DNA of 47,021 nt from a virus. Its lineage: Duplodnaviria > Caudoviricetes. Below the pieces are notes generated by a model that saw only the letters and a program-made list of their open reading frames with translations, ran no database searches and was not told the origin of the DNA. Where the stretch lies: positions 1 to 47,021 of the IMG/VR virus record IMGVR_UViG_3300037991_003683, one strand, 5' to 3'. Below are positions 17,872 through 28,241 of the stretch, in pieces. Within the stretch, counting starts at the first letter, position 1. Every line of letters starts with the position of its first letter. The position numbers were made by a program, and so were the translations under genes.

Positions 17872-20826
17872 TTAAATATTTATTGTAAAGTTACTTTCAG
17901 TATCTGACGTAGAACTACCACAGCTGTTTCCATCTCCATTTTCACAGTTAGCTATTATTTCAAAAGTGTAAGAGCTTTCATCTAAGAACCAATTTGTACC
18001 ATTGTTATAATAAACGTAGCTAGCAACACCATTGCTTATAGAGGTAGGTACAAAGTTATTGATGGTTAAGGAGATTCCACTAGCATCCGTTACAGTGATA
18101 GTATAAGAGGCGGCTGTAGAAACTGCTGCAAAGCTAAACGTGATTTGAGTAGCATAAACATTACCACTAGAGTTAGTTGCCGAAGCATTAACAGCTAAAA
18201 AGCTTGTTTCAAACGTAGGTGTGTCGCAAGTATAACAGCAACAGTCTGTAGCATTAGTACTTCCAGTAGCAGTACAATCTTGGTTAAACGCAGAATTATA
18301 ATTAGTTGCTGTAGGGGACATACAACCTGGATTACTATCAACACAACTATTGTCTATATGAAAATCTAAGTTTGGATCGTAATTTATGTGACTACTATCA
18401 CCGTTTTTACAACCAGCAGTATAAACGTGAGTCTCTTGAACGTTTGTTGTAATCGTGTTGTTTTGAGAAGCATTATCTATAGTGCCTGTCCAAGTGCTAC
18501 TAATTGTAACTGTTAAATCACCACTATTAAGACCATAAGCACCGTTGTTATTTATATACGGCGTCCAGTCACCTTGAAATAGAGGAAGCGGTAAATTTTC
18601 TGTACCACTAGGATTACCCATGTTTGTTTGGTTCCAACTAGTATAAATTGTTCCAGAATAAACCTGCGTATTAGTTCCAGTACCAAGAGACACAACGTTA
18701 GTTTGAACATCACTATAAGGCGTGTTTAGATAATCAACTGTAAGCTGTAGTATTGTATAACGAATAGGCGATGAACTAGACGTTACTGTAGGTGTTAAAT
18801 AGGTTGATGGAGTACCAGTATAAACACAGCAACTATTATCTCCAGTACCATCATTACAAGGAACGTTAGCGTTTGGATCGTAATTGTCCGCGGCAAACTG
18901 ATTTCCGTCAGGATTCATTGTGGCGTCCATACAACCAGTGTAAATACACTGAGTATTATCTTCAAGATCATAAGTACCACTGTTATCAGCGTTTGTATCT
19001 AAACACCCAACACTGAAAGTTTCAGTTTGAGAAATAGAGCAAGTCCCATTGTTAGAATTAACAGTAAATATTACAGTTATAGAAGTTTGCCCTTGAGTCC
19101 AAGAACTAACTAAAGATGGATTTATATTACTAAATATAGTATTATTAATAGTGCTAAAACCACCTAAATTAGCGTCTGCAAATATAGCGTTATTGTTGTT
19201 GTCAGATACTATTAAACCTAAAGTAAAATCGTTTGGAAAACCACCAGGGTTAATATTACCGCTAAACGGCGTGTTACCAATACCAAAGCTAACCTGAATA
19301 CTATCATTACCTGTTAAGATTACATTAGGTCCAAATGGGCAGTTGTATGGTAAACAACTTCCGTCATCTGTGTTGGCTAAAGGATCGTAGTTTGACGCAG
19401 CGTAAGTTCCATTGTAATTTAACGTAGAGTCTGTACAGCCTAAAACTACTGCTATACAACTACCATCATCAACATTTGCGTTTGGATCGTAGTTAAACGC
19501 GTTTGAATCAGTACAACCATTTACAACAATAGTTGAGCAACTTCCATCATCAGCAACCCAAGGGTTTCCTCCACTAGCTACAGCAACTAAATTAACAGGA
19601 TCCCAACAATCTCCACAGTATTCTAAATAAGAAGGATCTGTACAACCAATACATATATCGTAAACACAACTTCCATCATCTACTGTAGCTGCCGGATTAT
19701 AATTACAAGCACCCCAAGCTCCTATATTATTGTTAACGCCAGTATTATCTGTACAACCAGGTATTGGTGTTGATGTTATTGTTGATGTAGCGGTTGGACC
19801 AGATATTGGACCTGTTATGTCATAGCTAATTAAAGTAGCACCTTGTGTTGAAACGCAAAGGTTAAATATCATAAAGTTGTAAGTACCTGTAGCTAAACCT
19901 GTAACAGTATACGTTTCTATATTATTTCCAGAAGGTAATATTGGCCCAGCAATTGGAGAGTTGTTAGCATAAATATAATATTCGCTAGCCGTTGGTGAAA
20001 CTGGCCATTGTAAAGTAACTGTTCCATTGTTTAAATTTGCATCAGATGTAGTATTTGATAACACCATAAGACTTGTTGGTGGTTCACAGTAAACGCAATT
20101 AGAAGTACAGCTAGCATCAGAAAATGGTGCGTCATAATTAACAGCGTTTGTGTCACCACAATAGTAGCAAGACCCATCGTCTTGAGTTGCTGTAGCATCA
20201 TAATTACATGCAGTTGAATCCATACATCCACCGATATAAGTACAAGACCCATCATCAACAGCAGTACCGTTTAGATAAGAAAAACTACCGTTATTACTAT
20301 CAACAGTAGAACCCATAAAGCTATAGTTTTCTGCTAAAGGATCAGTACATCCAGAATAAAGACAAGATCCATCATCTGTGTTTATAGCATCGTCAGGACT
20401 GTTAGGTGAGAAGTAATTACTTGCATTTGGATCTGTACAGCCATATATAAATGGAATACACATACAGTTAACGTAGCCACAAAGAGTTCCATCGCTCAAG
20501 TAACTAGAACCAAAGTTTGCTAAAGGATCGTAATTAAAGTTACCAGAAATAGTACAGCCATATATAGCTGGAATACAACTTCCATCATCCACAGTAGCAA
20601 TAGGATTATAGTTTAATGTTGACGTTCCAGATAATTCAGTAGTCCAGTCAGCAAGAGGTCCTTGCGTACATCCGTACCAAACACAACTACCATCATCTGT
20701 AGTAGCAGAGCTATTATAATTGTCAGAAGTACTATCTGTACAACCATAAATATGAGGAAGGCAACTACCATCATCATTTGTTGCTGAGTCATTATAATTG
20801 TACATGGTTGGATCTGTACAACCATA
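17872..20826 (-). repeat. ~16 GC(T/M)D-x-NY-x-DDGSC protein repeats interleaved with FN3/Ig-like domains
   Basis: Counted in the translation, e.g. YGCTDPTMYNYNDSATNDDGSC, GGCMDSTACNYDATATQDDGSC, NGCTDSNAFNYDPNANVDDGSC. Confidence 0.9.
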
Positions 20827-23800
20827 AACAATACTACTAACTACGCTAGATACAACGCCTATACCTTGTATACTAAAATCTTCTGTATCGTAATTTCCAG
20901 ATATATCACCGTCAACCGTATAAGTAACGTCATTACCCGTAACATAACCAAACCATTTGCCTTCTTTTTTAATAAATTCAGTTATACCGCCTTGTTCTAA
21001 GTTAGTAACAATATCTTGAACATACCAACCTTTTTCTTCTGTTAAATTAAAGTACTCACCATCTACTAGCGTTACACCATTTTCATCTTTTGAAGTAACT
21101 TTAGCTTGAGAGCCTTCGTAGTTTATTGTTTTAAAAGATTTAACACTACCAGGTATTTCATTAAATACAACCTCTAAAGTTGATGGTACAAGGTTTTCGC
21201 TATAAAAAGTATTTCTGTTAGCGGTTTCATCGTGGTGTTTCCAAGCTGAACCATCTTTAAACGTATAATATTCATTAGCACAACTAATAGCGTTTTCTGG
21301 TGTAAACGATTTAAAACTAACCCAACCTTTTACATCTTCTTTAAATGTAACTGTTTTATCAATAACACCACCTTTTATAGTAACATTGTATTCGTCTTTT
21401 CTATCATCGTAACTACCAATAATATTATCACCAAGTTTTAGATTATCTCTAAACCAATCTTTCATACCAAAAAATGATATTGGTGTTAAACCGTCCTTTG
21501 ATAATCTCAATATAGTTCCTCTAACTTTATCAGAAAAGTAAGCTCTATAAGATTCAGCAGCAAAAGATTCTGGATTTTTAGATATACCATAATCACCAGC
21601 ATAAGGTATAGCTTGACCTAAAACTTTATTTGTAGCTGTTAACTGTGTGTTACCATCAGCGTTAAATACAGCGTCTTTATTTGCTAGTATTTTTAAAACT
21701 CTATCTTCACAAAGAGTAATTAAATCACCATCAGCAGTAGATCTAGAATATAGTTTTTGAATACTACCGTAAGTTGGATTAATATCTTTTGTTATTTTTT
21801 CAGCTGTTATAAATTGGTTTAAATTGTTTGTATTGCTATTTGGATTATATATACCAGAGTATATTAAACCATTTGTTCTTTCTTCTTCTTCGTAATCACC
21901 TATTATAACGCTAGACGCTTTAACACCATTTACTATGTATGGTTTATTATAAGTATCTCCTATTCTATTAGACTCAACACCATTATTAAAAGACCAACAG
22001 TTAAACCAATTTAATCCAATTTTACCAAAATTTAATGGGTTAAATGTTAATCCATAAACAACGCTACCAGAAGATAACGAGCCAGTAATTGTTACTTCTA
22101 AATAACTGCCATCGTCTCTAACGAACTTAATCTCAGGGTACATTTGCTCAATTGCTTGAAAATCTAAAGAGCTTAAAGAAGTAGATAGAATAACTGAGTT
22201 TAAACCTTGCCATTGCGTAACAAAAATACCACTTGGTATTGCCGCTTGTAATTCTTGAGCAAATTCTAATGTAGCTCCAATAGGTATATATAACTCTCTA
22301 TTGTTTACGTTTATTCTTGTAGGTATACTTCCAGTAGCCTCGTAGTATATATCTAAATCTACATCTTCTTTAGGTTCTGTCTCAAATATAGCTGGATTAT
22401 TACTTATTAGATTTGGTAAGTCAGAATCAAACTGAGAAACAAACTGTATTGTTGCTGTAGTACTACTTGAAGAATCTACACCAGAAGCGTAAACACTAGC
22501 AAAAGCAGGATTGTCTGGAAGAGTTTCTGACCATCCGTTTTGAGCAACTGTAATATCTGGATTTGGTAAAGAAAGCTGATCAACTTCGTATTGTATTCTA
22601 TAAGTCTTTCTTCTATTGTAATTAGCGTGCATTTGATCTTCTTGCGAGTAATAATTACTAGCAACAAAATAATCGTTGTATGTTACAAATTGATTTGGAC
22701 AATCACAACACTCATCATACTGCCCATCGTTACACCCTTGAAAATCACAGTTAGAGTTGTAAGTTGGACAAGGAACAGTACAATTCTCCCTTTCAGGAGC
22801 AGGCGTAGTTGGTACTCCTCTAAAATTAAATAAACGTCTTTTTTGAACGCCAAGTATTCTATAAATAGTAGGATCTCCCTCGATTTTAAAACGCTCATTA
22901 ACACCGAGTCTACTGACAATTTGTTCTTCTTGATCTGTGAAAGAGTTAGTAGGATTATTACCATCATCTTCACCTACAGTAAAATTTGTTTGACTACCAC
23001 TTGTGTTTGGACCTATAACAGAATAAGCAAAATCAAAATAATGATTACCACCTGAATCATGAACACCTTTCATACCTAAAACAGCTCTTGACAAACCATT
23101 ACCAGTATTTTCTGAACCAGTAGTTGGCGCTGCTTCTACGCAATTTCCAGTACCATTAAAAGTATAATTAATAGTACTAGTAGTATCACAAGTTTCTATA
23201 ACGCTATTACCTATATTTTGAGTATCGTTAATAGCATTAATATCTCTACTTGTCCCTGGCATAACACTAGCAAATGAAGCTCCATCAATAAACCATTTAG
23301 AAGTTAATTGAGTACCGCCAAACTTTAAAAGTGTAGCCCAATCACTAGCTGATCTTGTTGAGCTACTGTTGTTTATAGGTGGATTATTACCTGTTGATGT
23401 TGGTGAAGTTGGATAGCTATTAAGAGGTTGGTAAAGTTGATAAAAAGACAATGGATCACTTTGATTTAAAGAACTGTCTTTAATTCTATGAAATGTGGTT
23501 GAAGAGGTTATTGTCCAATTTCTTACGGTTGTAACATAGTTAACTAGCTTTTCATCAACAATATTATCTCTAAGTATTTTAACAAAAAATCTACCATCAA
23601 ATTGTGGTAAGTTTTCAATTGATTTTTTCCAAAAACGAACTCTTACAAAATCATTTCCTACATTTAAATCTTCAGTTATAAATCCATCTTCTATAGCTAT
23701 TGGTCTATGTATTTTTATTTCGTAGTGAGTTGAATTACTAAAATCTTGATCAGGATCATCTAACAATAATTGTGTTATTCTATATCTACCACTAGTACCA

Positions 23801-26403
23801 TGAACTGGGTTTGCTAAGTCATCATCATCAGCTCTAATAAAATCAACCCACATTTCTTCTGCGCCTAACTTTAAATCAGTAAATAACTTATCTAATCTTG
23901 GAAGACCCATGTTAGATGGTGTGTTAGTAGCAGCGTTTCCAGCAAACCACTCACTAGTCCATCTTTCTATATCTATACTAAAGCTTTTAGCGCCTGGTAT
24001 AGGAGCACTTTGACCGCTACTTGGTAAACCTGAATCACCTAAAGTTGCAGCTGCAGTAGGATCATTTCCACCATATAGTTCAGCAGAATGAATTACAGCA
24101 CCGGCATCATCAACTGATTGAGCTAATAAATCGTAAGATGTCTTTATATATTCTGGCGCTTCATTTTCTATAGCTACTATTTTGTATCTTGCTTCTTCTA
24201 CAATAGCATCTTCAGTGTCTATACCTTTTTTTAATATTATATAAGTATCTTCATCTACTTTATTTCTATCTATAGAAGGAAAAGAAATCCAAACGTTACC
24301 ATCTTCAGCGTCATAAAGCCTATCCATAGCTAAATTGTAATACTCATTTGAAGTTTCTTTTACAAATATCTTGTAATAATCAGCCCAATCTGGATGTTTA
24401 TCACTAACCTCAACATTAAGCATGTTAGCTCTTGTAGAGCGTGCTTTAGGAACTATTGTTGAACCAGAACTAGGTGTTATTATAGGAGTTTCTCTACCGT
24501 ACTTATCTCCCCAAACAAGTCCAATATCATAGGTTCTCATCGATTTTATAGACTTTTTACCTATGTTACTATCATCTTCATTTACTCTACCACCAACAAC
24601 TGTTCTTATACTTGGCTTTATAACTTCGTTAGAATTTTCTTCTTTTATATTATAGTTCTGCGTATAATTTCCATATACTATTCTATTTCCTGTTACTTCT
24701 TGAGCTAGCGCTTTTCTAGGCACATTATCCCAAGATCTTAAAAGTTGATTTTCAGGTAATGTAGCATATATATTTTCTGAAGAAATTTTATAAGAACCTC
24801 TTAACCCTGCAGAAGAACCTTGTCTTGTCCAAGCATTTTCATTGTTAGAGTCTAAAGTATCTTGCCTTGAAATAGTTTCTACAACATAAATATTAGGACT
24901 TACTTCGTTTTTATAAAGAATATCTACTTGAACTACATCTTCTGGTATATCGTTAGGAATAAAATCTTGTATTGTTAAATCCCTTAATCTATTTACCATA
25001 CCAGTATTGTAAGCTTCTCTAGGATGGTATCTAAAATTACCAGGTATAAAAACTACTTCAGTAAAAGGACCTATGTTAGAATATTCTCCATCTATATATC
25101 TATATCTAGTAGAAAATCTTGGTAGCTTTTGCTCAAACAAAGTTTTGCCAATCTCTTCTAAACCAACACTCCAATCACTTATCAAAGGATTAATAGAAGT
25201 TGTTAAACCGTCGGCTGACATTGATTCTATTTCAATCTTTACTGCTGTTTGACCTGAACTAGAATTAAAAGCACCAATACTATAAGGACCTTGTTCTATT
25301 TGTAAAACAGTAGCTCTTATCTCAAAGTATTCTGGCGCAAGTTGCTGAGGATTACTAGAAAATCTTAAAATGTCTCCAGGTTCATAGTTTAAGTCACCGT
25401 TAATAGCAATCCACTTTTCATGACCAACTGGTAGGGGTTGAGTTCCGTTAGAACTGAATATACCTACTGAATTAGTAATGTTTCCAAATATATCTCCATC
25501 TCTAAAACTAGTTACGCTACTTATAGTTGGAGCTTTATTTGGGCCTTTACGTATAACTGTTACGTGTTTTTCTTGAAGATTAATAGCATCGTTATAATCT
25601 ATGTTTCTTTCTTCGTTTATTAAACGTGTTTGTATTTGGCCGTTTGGATTTGTACCCTCTATACTTCTTGGTATGTTTATTTTTTTAGGCTCAGAATAAT
25701 TATCTGTCCAGAATAACATATCATCTATAATGTTAATTCCTGTTATTATATTACCTTGAAAGTTTAGTACATTGTTTTCAGAAGTTAAAACTATTTGAAG
25801 TTCGCCAGGACCTTGCGTTTGAATATTTGCCCAAGATGTTTCTGTGTAATCACCTATATTAACAGTTAAATTTCCAGGATCCGTACTTAATATTGTGTAT
25901 GTATCGTTACCGCTTATATTTTGACCAACACCATTTATAAATTGATAAATCTGAAACGTGTCTCCAACGTTTAAATTGTTAAAATTTTGTTGATCATTTA
26001 TCAATAAATTACCAGATGCAGGGGCTTGTAAACTGTAAATAGGTACACTTAAATTTTTAATATCAACAACAACATGTTTTACTTGACCGTTTTTTAATTC
26101 AAAAATTATATCTCTTGAATAACTTGTGTTAAAACTAAAAATAGCAGGCGGCTCTGAAACAAACCAATAAAGAGCATCATTTTTTTCATCAGCAACACTA
26201 CCAATACATTTAGAATTATTATTTATGTTTAAATTTTGCACAAGAGAATTACCCAATATATTTTGAACAGTACCAACGTCAGACTCTTCTGAAGTTGACA
26301 CCTGTATGTTCATTGCGTTTCTATATTCTCCTTTTGGAACAAGACGTTGATTAACGTCTTTATTCATCTTACCACCGGTAAAATTATGCTTAAATTCTGG
26401 CAT
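17872..26403 (-). CDS. tail nozzle / stabilisation protein with Cys-rich repeat and FN3-like C-terminal extension
   Basis: N-terminus MPEFKHNFTGGKMNKD...GEYRNAMN; propeller-like segments (LFWTDN..EPKKINI, YGISKNPESFA, GWVSFKSF); follows two ring-protein genes. Confidence 0.7.
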   Translation of the reverse strand: MPEFKHNFTGGKMNKDVNQRLVPKGEYRNAMNIQVSTSEESDVGTVQNILGNSLVQNLNINNNSKCIGSVADEKNDALYWFVSEPPAIFSFNTSYSRDIIFELKNGQVKHVVVDIKNLSVPIYSLQAPASGNLLINDQQNFNNLNVGDTFQIYQFINGVGQNISGNDTYTILSTDPGNLTVNIGDYTETSWANIQTQGPGELQIVLTSENNVLNFQGNIITGINIIDDMLFWTDNYSEPKKINIPRSIEGTNPNGQIQTRLINEERNIDYNDAINLQEKHVTVIRKGPNKAPTISSVTSFRDGDIFGNITNSVGIFSSNGTQPLPVGHEKWIAINGDLNYEPGDILRFSSNPQQLAPEYFEIRATVLQIEQGPYSIGAFNSSSGQTAVKIEIESMSADGLTTSINPLISDWSVGLEEIGKTLFEQKLPRFSTRYRYIDGEYSNIGPFTEVVFIPGNFRYHPREAYNTGMVNRLRDLTIQDFIPNDIPEDVVQVDILYKNEVSPNIYVVETISRQDTLDSNNENAWTRQGSSAGLRGSYKISSENIYATLPENQLLRSWDNVPRKALAQEVTGNRIVYGNYTQNYNIKEENSNEVIKPSIRTVVGGRVNEDDSNIGKKSIKSMRTYDIGLVWGDKYGRETPIITPSSGSTIVPKARSTRANMLNVEVSDKHPDWADYYKIFVKETSNEYYNLAMDRLYDAEDGNVWISFPSIDRNKVDEDTYIILKKGIDTEDAIVEEARYKIVAIENEAPEYIKTSYDLLAQSVDDAGAVIHSAELYGGNDPTAAATLGDSGLPSSGQSAPIPGAKSFSIDIERWTSEWFAGNAATNTPSNMGLPRLDKLFTDLKLGAEEMWVDFIRADDDDLANPVHGTSGRYRITQLLLDDPDQDFSNSTHYEIKIHRPIAIEDGFITEDLNVGNDFVRVRFWKKSIENLPQFDGRFFVKILRDNIVDEKLVNYVTTVRNWTITSSTTFHRIKDSSLNQSDPLSFYQLYQPLNSYPTSPTSTGNNPPINNSSSTRSASDWATLLKFGGTQLTSKWFIDGASFASVMPGTSRDINAINDTQNIGNSVIETCDTTSTINYTFNGTGNCVEAAPTTGSENTGNGLSRAVLGMKGVHDSGGNHYFDFAYSVIGPNTSGSQTNFTVGEDDGNNPTNSFTDQEEQIVSRLGVNERFKIEGDPTIYRILGVQKRRLFNFRGVPTTPAPERENCTVPCPTYNSNCDFQGCNDGQYDECCDCPNQFVTYNDYFVASNYYSQEDQMHANYNRRKTYRIQYEVDQLSLPNPDITVAQNGWSETLPDNPAFASVYASGVDSSSSTTATIQFVSQFDSDLPNLISNNPAIFETEPKEDVDLDIYYEATGSIPTRINVNNRELYIPIGATLEFAQELQAAIPSGIFVTQWQGLNSVILSTSLSSLDFQAIEQMYPEIKFVRDDGSYLEVTITGSLSSGSVVYGLTFNPLNFGKIGLNWFNCWSFNNGVESNRIGDTYNKPYIVNGVKASSVIIGDYEEEERTNGLIYSGIYNPNSNTNNLNQFITAEKITKDINPTYGSIQKLYSRSTADGDLITLCEDRVLKILANKDAVFNADGNTQLTATNKVLGQAIPYAGDYGISKNPESFAAESYRAYFSDKVRGTILRLSKDGLTPISFFGMKDWFRDNLKLGDNIIGSYDDRKDEYNVTIKGGVIDKTVTFKEDVKGWVSFKSFTPENAISCANEYYTFKDGSAWKHHDETANRNTFYSENLVPSTLEVVFNEIPGSVKSFKTINYEGSQAKVTSKDENGVTLVDGEYFNLTEEKGWYVQDIVTNLEQGGITEFIKKEGKWFGYVTGNDVTYTVDGDISGNYDTEDFSIQGIGVVSSVVSSIVYGCTDPTMYNYNDSATNDDGSCLPHIYGCTDSTSDNYNSSATTDDGSCVWYGCTQGPLADWTTELSGTSTLNYNPIATVDDGSCIPAIYGCTISGNFNYDPLANFGSSYLSDGTLCGYVNCMCIPFIYGCTDPNASNYFSPNSPDDAINTDDGSCLYSGCTDPLAENYSFMGSTVDSNNGSFSYLNGTAVDDGSCTYIGGCMDSTACNYDATATQDDGSCYYCGDTNAVNYDAPFSDASCTSNCVYCEPPTSLMVLSNTTSDANLNNGTVTLQWPVSPTASEYYIYANNSPIAGPILPSGNNIETYTVTGLATGTYNFMIFNLCVSTQGATLISYDITGPISGPTATSTITSTPIPGCTDNTGVNNNIGAWGACNYNPAATVDDGSCVYDICIGCTDPSYLEYCGDCWDPVNLVAVASGGNPWVADDGSCSTIVVNGCTDSNAFNYDPNANVDDGSCIAVVLGCTDSTLNYNGTYAASNYDPLANTDDGSCLPYNCPFGPNVILTGNDSIQVSFGIGNTPFSGNINPGGFPNDFTLGLIVSDNNNNAIFADANLGGFSTINNTIFSNINPSLVSSWTQGQTSITVIFTVNSNNGTCSISQTETFSVGCLDTNADNSGTYDLEDNTQCIYTGCMDATMNPDGNQFAADNYDPNANVPCNDGTGDNSCCVYTGTPSTYLTPTVTSSSSPIRYTILQLTVDYLNTPYSDVQTNVVSLGTGTNTQVYSGTIYTSWNQTNMGNPSGTENLPLPLFQGDWTPYINNNGAYGLNSGDLTVTISSTWTGTIDNASQNNTITTNVQETHVYTAGCKNGDSSHINYDPNLDFHIDNSCVDSNPGCMSPTATNYNSAFNQDCTATGSTNATDCCCYTCDTPTFETSFLAVNASATNSSGNVYATQITFSFAAVSTAASYTITVTDASGISLTINNFVPTSISNGVASYVYYNNGTNWFLDESSYTFEIIANCENGDGNSCGSSTSDTESNFTINI

Positions 26404-26406
26404 GTA

Positions 26407-27288
26407 CTAGTGTTTTATGTGTTTCGATTTACCTCTTAAAATTTGAGTTAACTCTTCTAGTTTTAAATTAGATAATCTTAATTTTGCAGTTCTAACTGCA
26501 GCAAACTTTTCTTTCTTAAACCTATTTACTTGATATTCAGGTATGTTAGATTTTCCTGATATAATAGCACAAGAAATCCATTTATACATTGCTTCTTCAG
26601 CAAACTTATGTACTTTCATTTCGTCTTCAGTTCCTAGGCTATCACTTATATAATTTAATATCACAGTTTTTCCGTTAATATTAGAACTAAAATGAATTTT
26701 TCCTGCATTTTCGTCTATATAAAAAGAGCCATTTACTTGAGCATGTTGAGGGTCTAAACCGTATCTATTACCATCAATAGGCCAATAAATATCATCTTTG
26801 TAATCGTCATTTTCATTTTCTGAAGGTATAGAAGACTTGTAGTCTGTCCAGGTAGTAGATTGCGAATCAGTTAGCAGAGTACCATCACTACCATTAAAAG
26901 TATAATTACCATCAGAATCTTGTGTTGGTTTTGTAGGGTTTGATGTTTTAGAAGCTGGATACAAAATATGCATTATACCAGAGTTATCAACCCAACTAAG
27001 CTTAACATAGTTAACATAGTCTTGTGGTAAAATCATCTGAAGTGTTGAAGGGACTACTATTTCTAAAGCTTTAGTAGATTTAAACGTATCAAAAGACATT
27101 TCAGCTAAACCTCTTTGAGCATGAAAAGCGACGTCTACTCTACTTGCTTTTGATATTATTTTATCTTCACCAACGTATATAAACATAAACTGATCTATTA
27201 TGTCTGTAAGACTAACAAATTGATATTCGCCGTATAAATCAGAATTACCGTAGTATTGAGCTGAAGTTTGATTACTTAATAATGACAT
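26407..27288 (-). CDS. head-tail connector / tail ring protein
   Basis: 293 aa with an LPQDYVNYVKL motif, between the capsid module and the nozzle. Confidence 0.6.
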   Translation of the reverse strand: MSLLSNQTSAQYYGNSDLYGEYQFVSLTDIIDQFMFIYVGEDKIISKASRVDVAFHAQRGLAEMSFDTFKSTKALEIVVPSTLQMILPQDYVNYVKLSWVDNSGIMHILYPASKTSNPTKPTQDSDGNYTFNGSDGTLLTDSQSTTWTDYKSSIPSENENDDYKDDIYWPIDGNRYGLDPQHAQVNGSFYIDENAGKIHFSSNINGKTVILNYISDSLGTEDEMKVHKFAEEAMYKWISCAIISGKSNIPEYQVNRFKKEKFAAVRTAKLRLSNLKLEELTQILRGKSKHIKH

Positions 27289-27291
27289 TTA

Positions 27292-28014
27292 TTATATTTT
27301 AGGTTGTTGCTGTTTTGTCATCGCTTCCATACCTTGACCAGCTCTCATTATATCTGGTTGTTGGTTTGATAACCCAGCTAACGTTAATATTTTGTTTATA
27401 ATGTTGTTTTCTTCTGAAGGATGTAATTCGAAGTCTTGAGTTGAAGAATTTGCACTATACATTGCTTTTTTGTTTATAACAACGTAAGTCCAATTAACTT
27501 TTTCTGGTATTTTAAAATAAAAAATACCTGTTGGTGTTACAGGAAGATTATCACCCGCAACACATCTTATTTGATTGTTTCTTATGTTGACTATAGGTCT
27601 ATTATTAGTCGGTTTTAATAATGGTCCACCATGCCTTACATCATTAAAATCTTTTGTATTTAATATCTCACAGCTATTGTTCTGGTATTCAACTCTATGT
27701 ATTCTATATATATAACTAGGAACTCTTTTGTTAACACCACCATTACCAACTCCAATATAGTTTGAAATATCAATAGGACCATCTACCTTTTCAAACGTTT
27801 GTAACTTTTCCTCTAACATATCGTCAACATCGGCATAAACTGTATCGTTACCTTGACTTTTTCTAGCTAGATTAATATCGTAAAAATATTGTTCAAATAT
27901 TTCCATTTGAGCCTGGTTAGCAAATAGATTAAAATCTTGAGGTGTTATATAACCTCTTTGTTCTTTATTAGCTAAAGCTAAAACTTTTTGATATACTGTA
28001 TCTACGCTTACCAT
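27292..28014 (-). CDS. head-tail adaptor / tail ring protein
   Basis: 240 aa (NKEQRGYITPQDFNLFANQAQ...YFKIP...DFELH), with synteny supporting the call. Confidence 0.6.
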   Translation of the reverse strand: MVSVDTVYQKVLALANKEQRGYITPQDFNLFANQAQMEIFEQYFYDINLARKSQGNDTVYADVDDMLEEKLQTFEKVDGPIDISNYIGVGNGGVNKRVPSYIYRIHRVEYQNNSCEILNTKDFNDVRHGGPLLKPTNNRPIVNIRNNQIRCVAGDNLPVTPTGIFYFKIPEKVNWTYVVINKKAMYSANSSTQDFELHPSEENNIINKILTLAGLSNQQPDIMRAGQGMEAMTKQQQPKI

Positions 28015-28022
28015 AATTTCTT

Positions 28023-28184
28023 TTATTTATTATAAGGGAATAATCTATTTAAAGTATCTTTTCTTTTAGCACAACCACAATCTTTATTAATAGCTTTACT
28101 AACTGTATCTACAACTTTTTTTATTCCTGTTGCTTTTGTAATTTTTTCTATTGAATCACCTAATCCTTTTGATTTATTTTCCAT
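28023..28184 (-). CDS. 53-aa phage protein (SKGLGD...DCGC..R..LN)
   Basis: Not in the track: MENKSKGLGDSIEKITKATGIKKVVDTVSKAINKDCGCAKRKDTLNRLFPYNK*. It fills the intergenic gap. Confidence 0.8.
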   Translation of the reverse strand: MENKSKGLGDSIEKITKATGIKKVVDTVSKAINKDCGCAKRKDTLNRLFPYNK

Positions 28185-28197
28185 ATAATTTAAGTTT

Positions 28198-28235
28198 TGT
28201 AGTTTACGATCGCCCGTTAAGGCGACCGCTCTACA
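28198..28235 (-). other. intergenic RNA stem-loop
   Basis: Minus strand TGTAG-AG-CGGTCGCC-TTAACG-GGCGATCG-TAAA-CTACA. GC-rich, with no U-tract on the coding strand. Confidence 0.6.
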
Positions 28236-28241
28236 TTTAGA

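Noticed and set aside
20031-22973. Alternative-frame minus-strand ORFs inside the nozzle gene (20031-20258, 20613-20831, 22476-22667, 22683-22973)
   Set aside because: They are off-frame by-products of Asp/Asn-rich codons (GAT GAT reading as MM). No slippery site or start context supports them.
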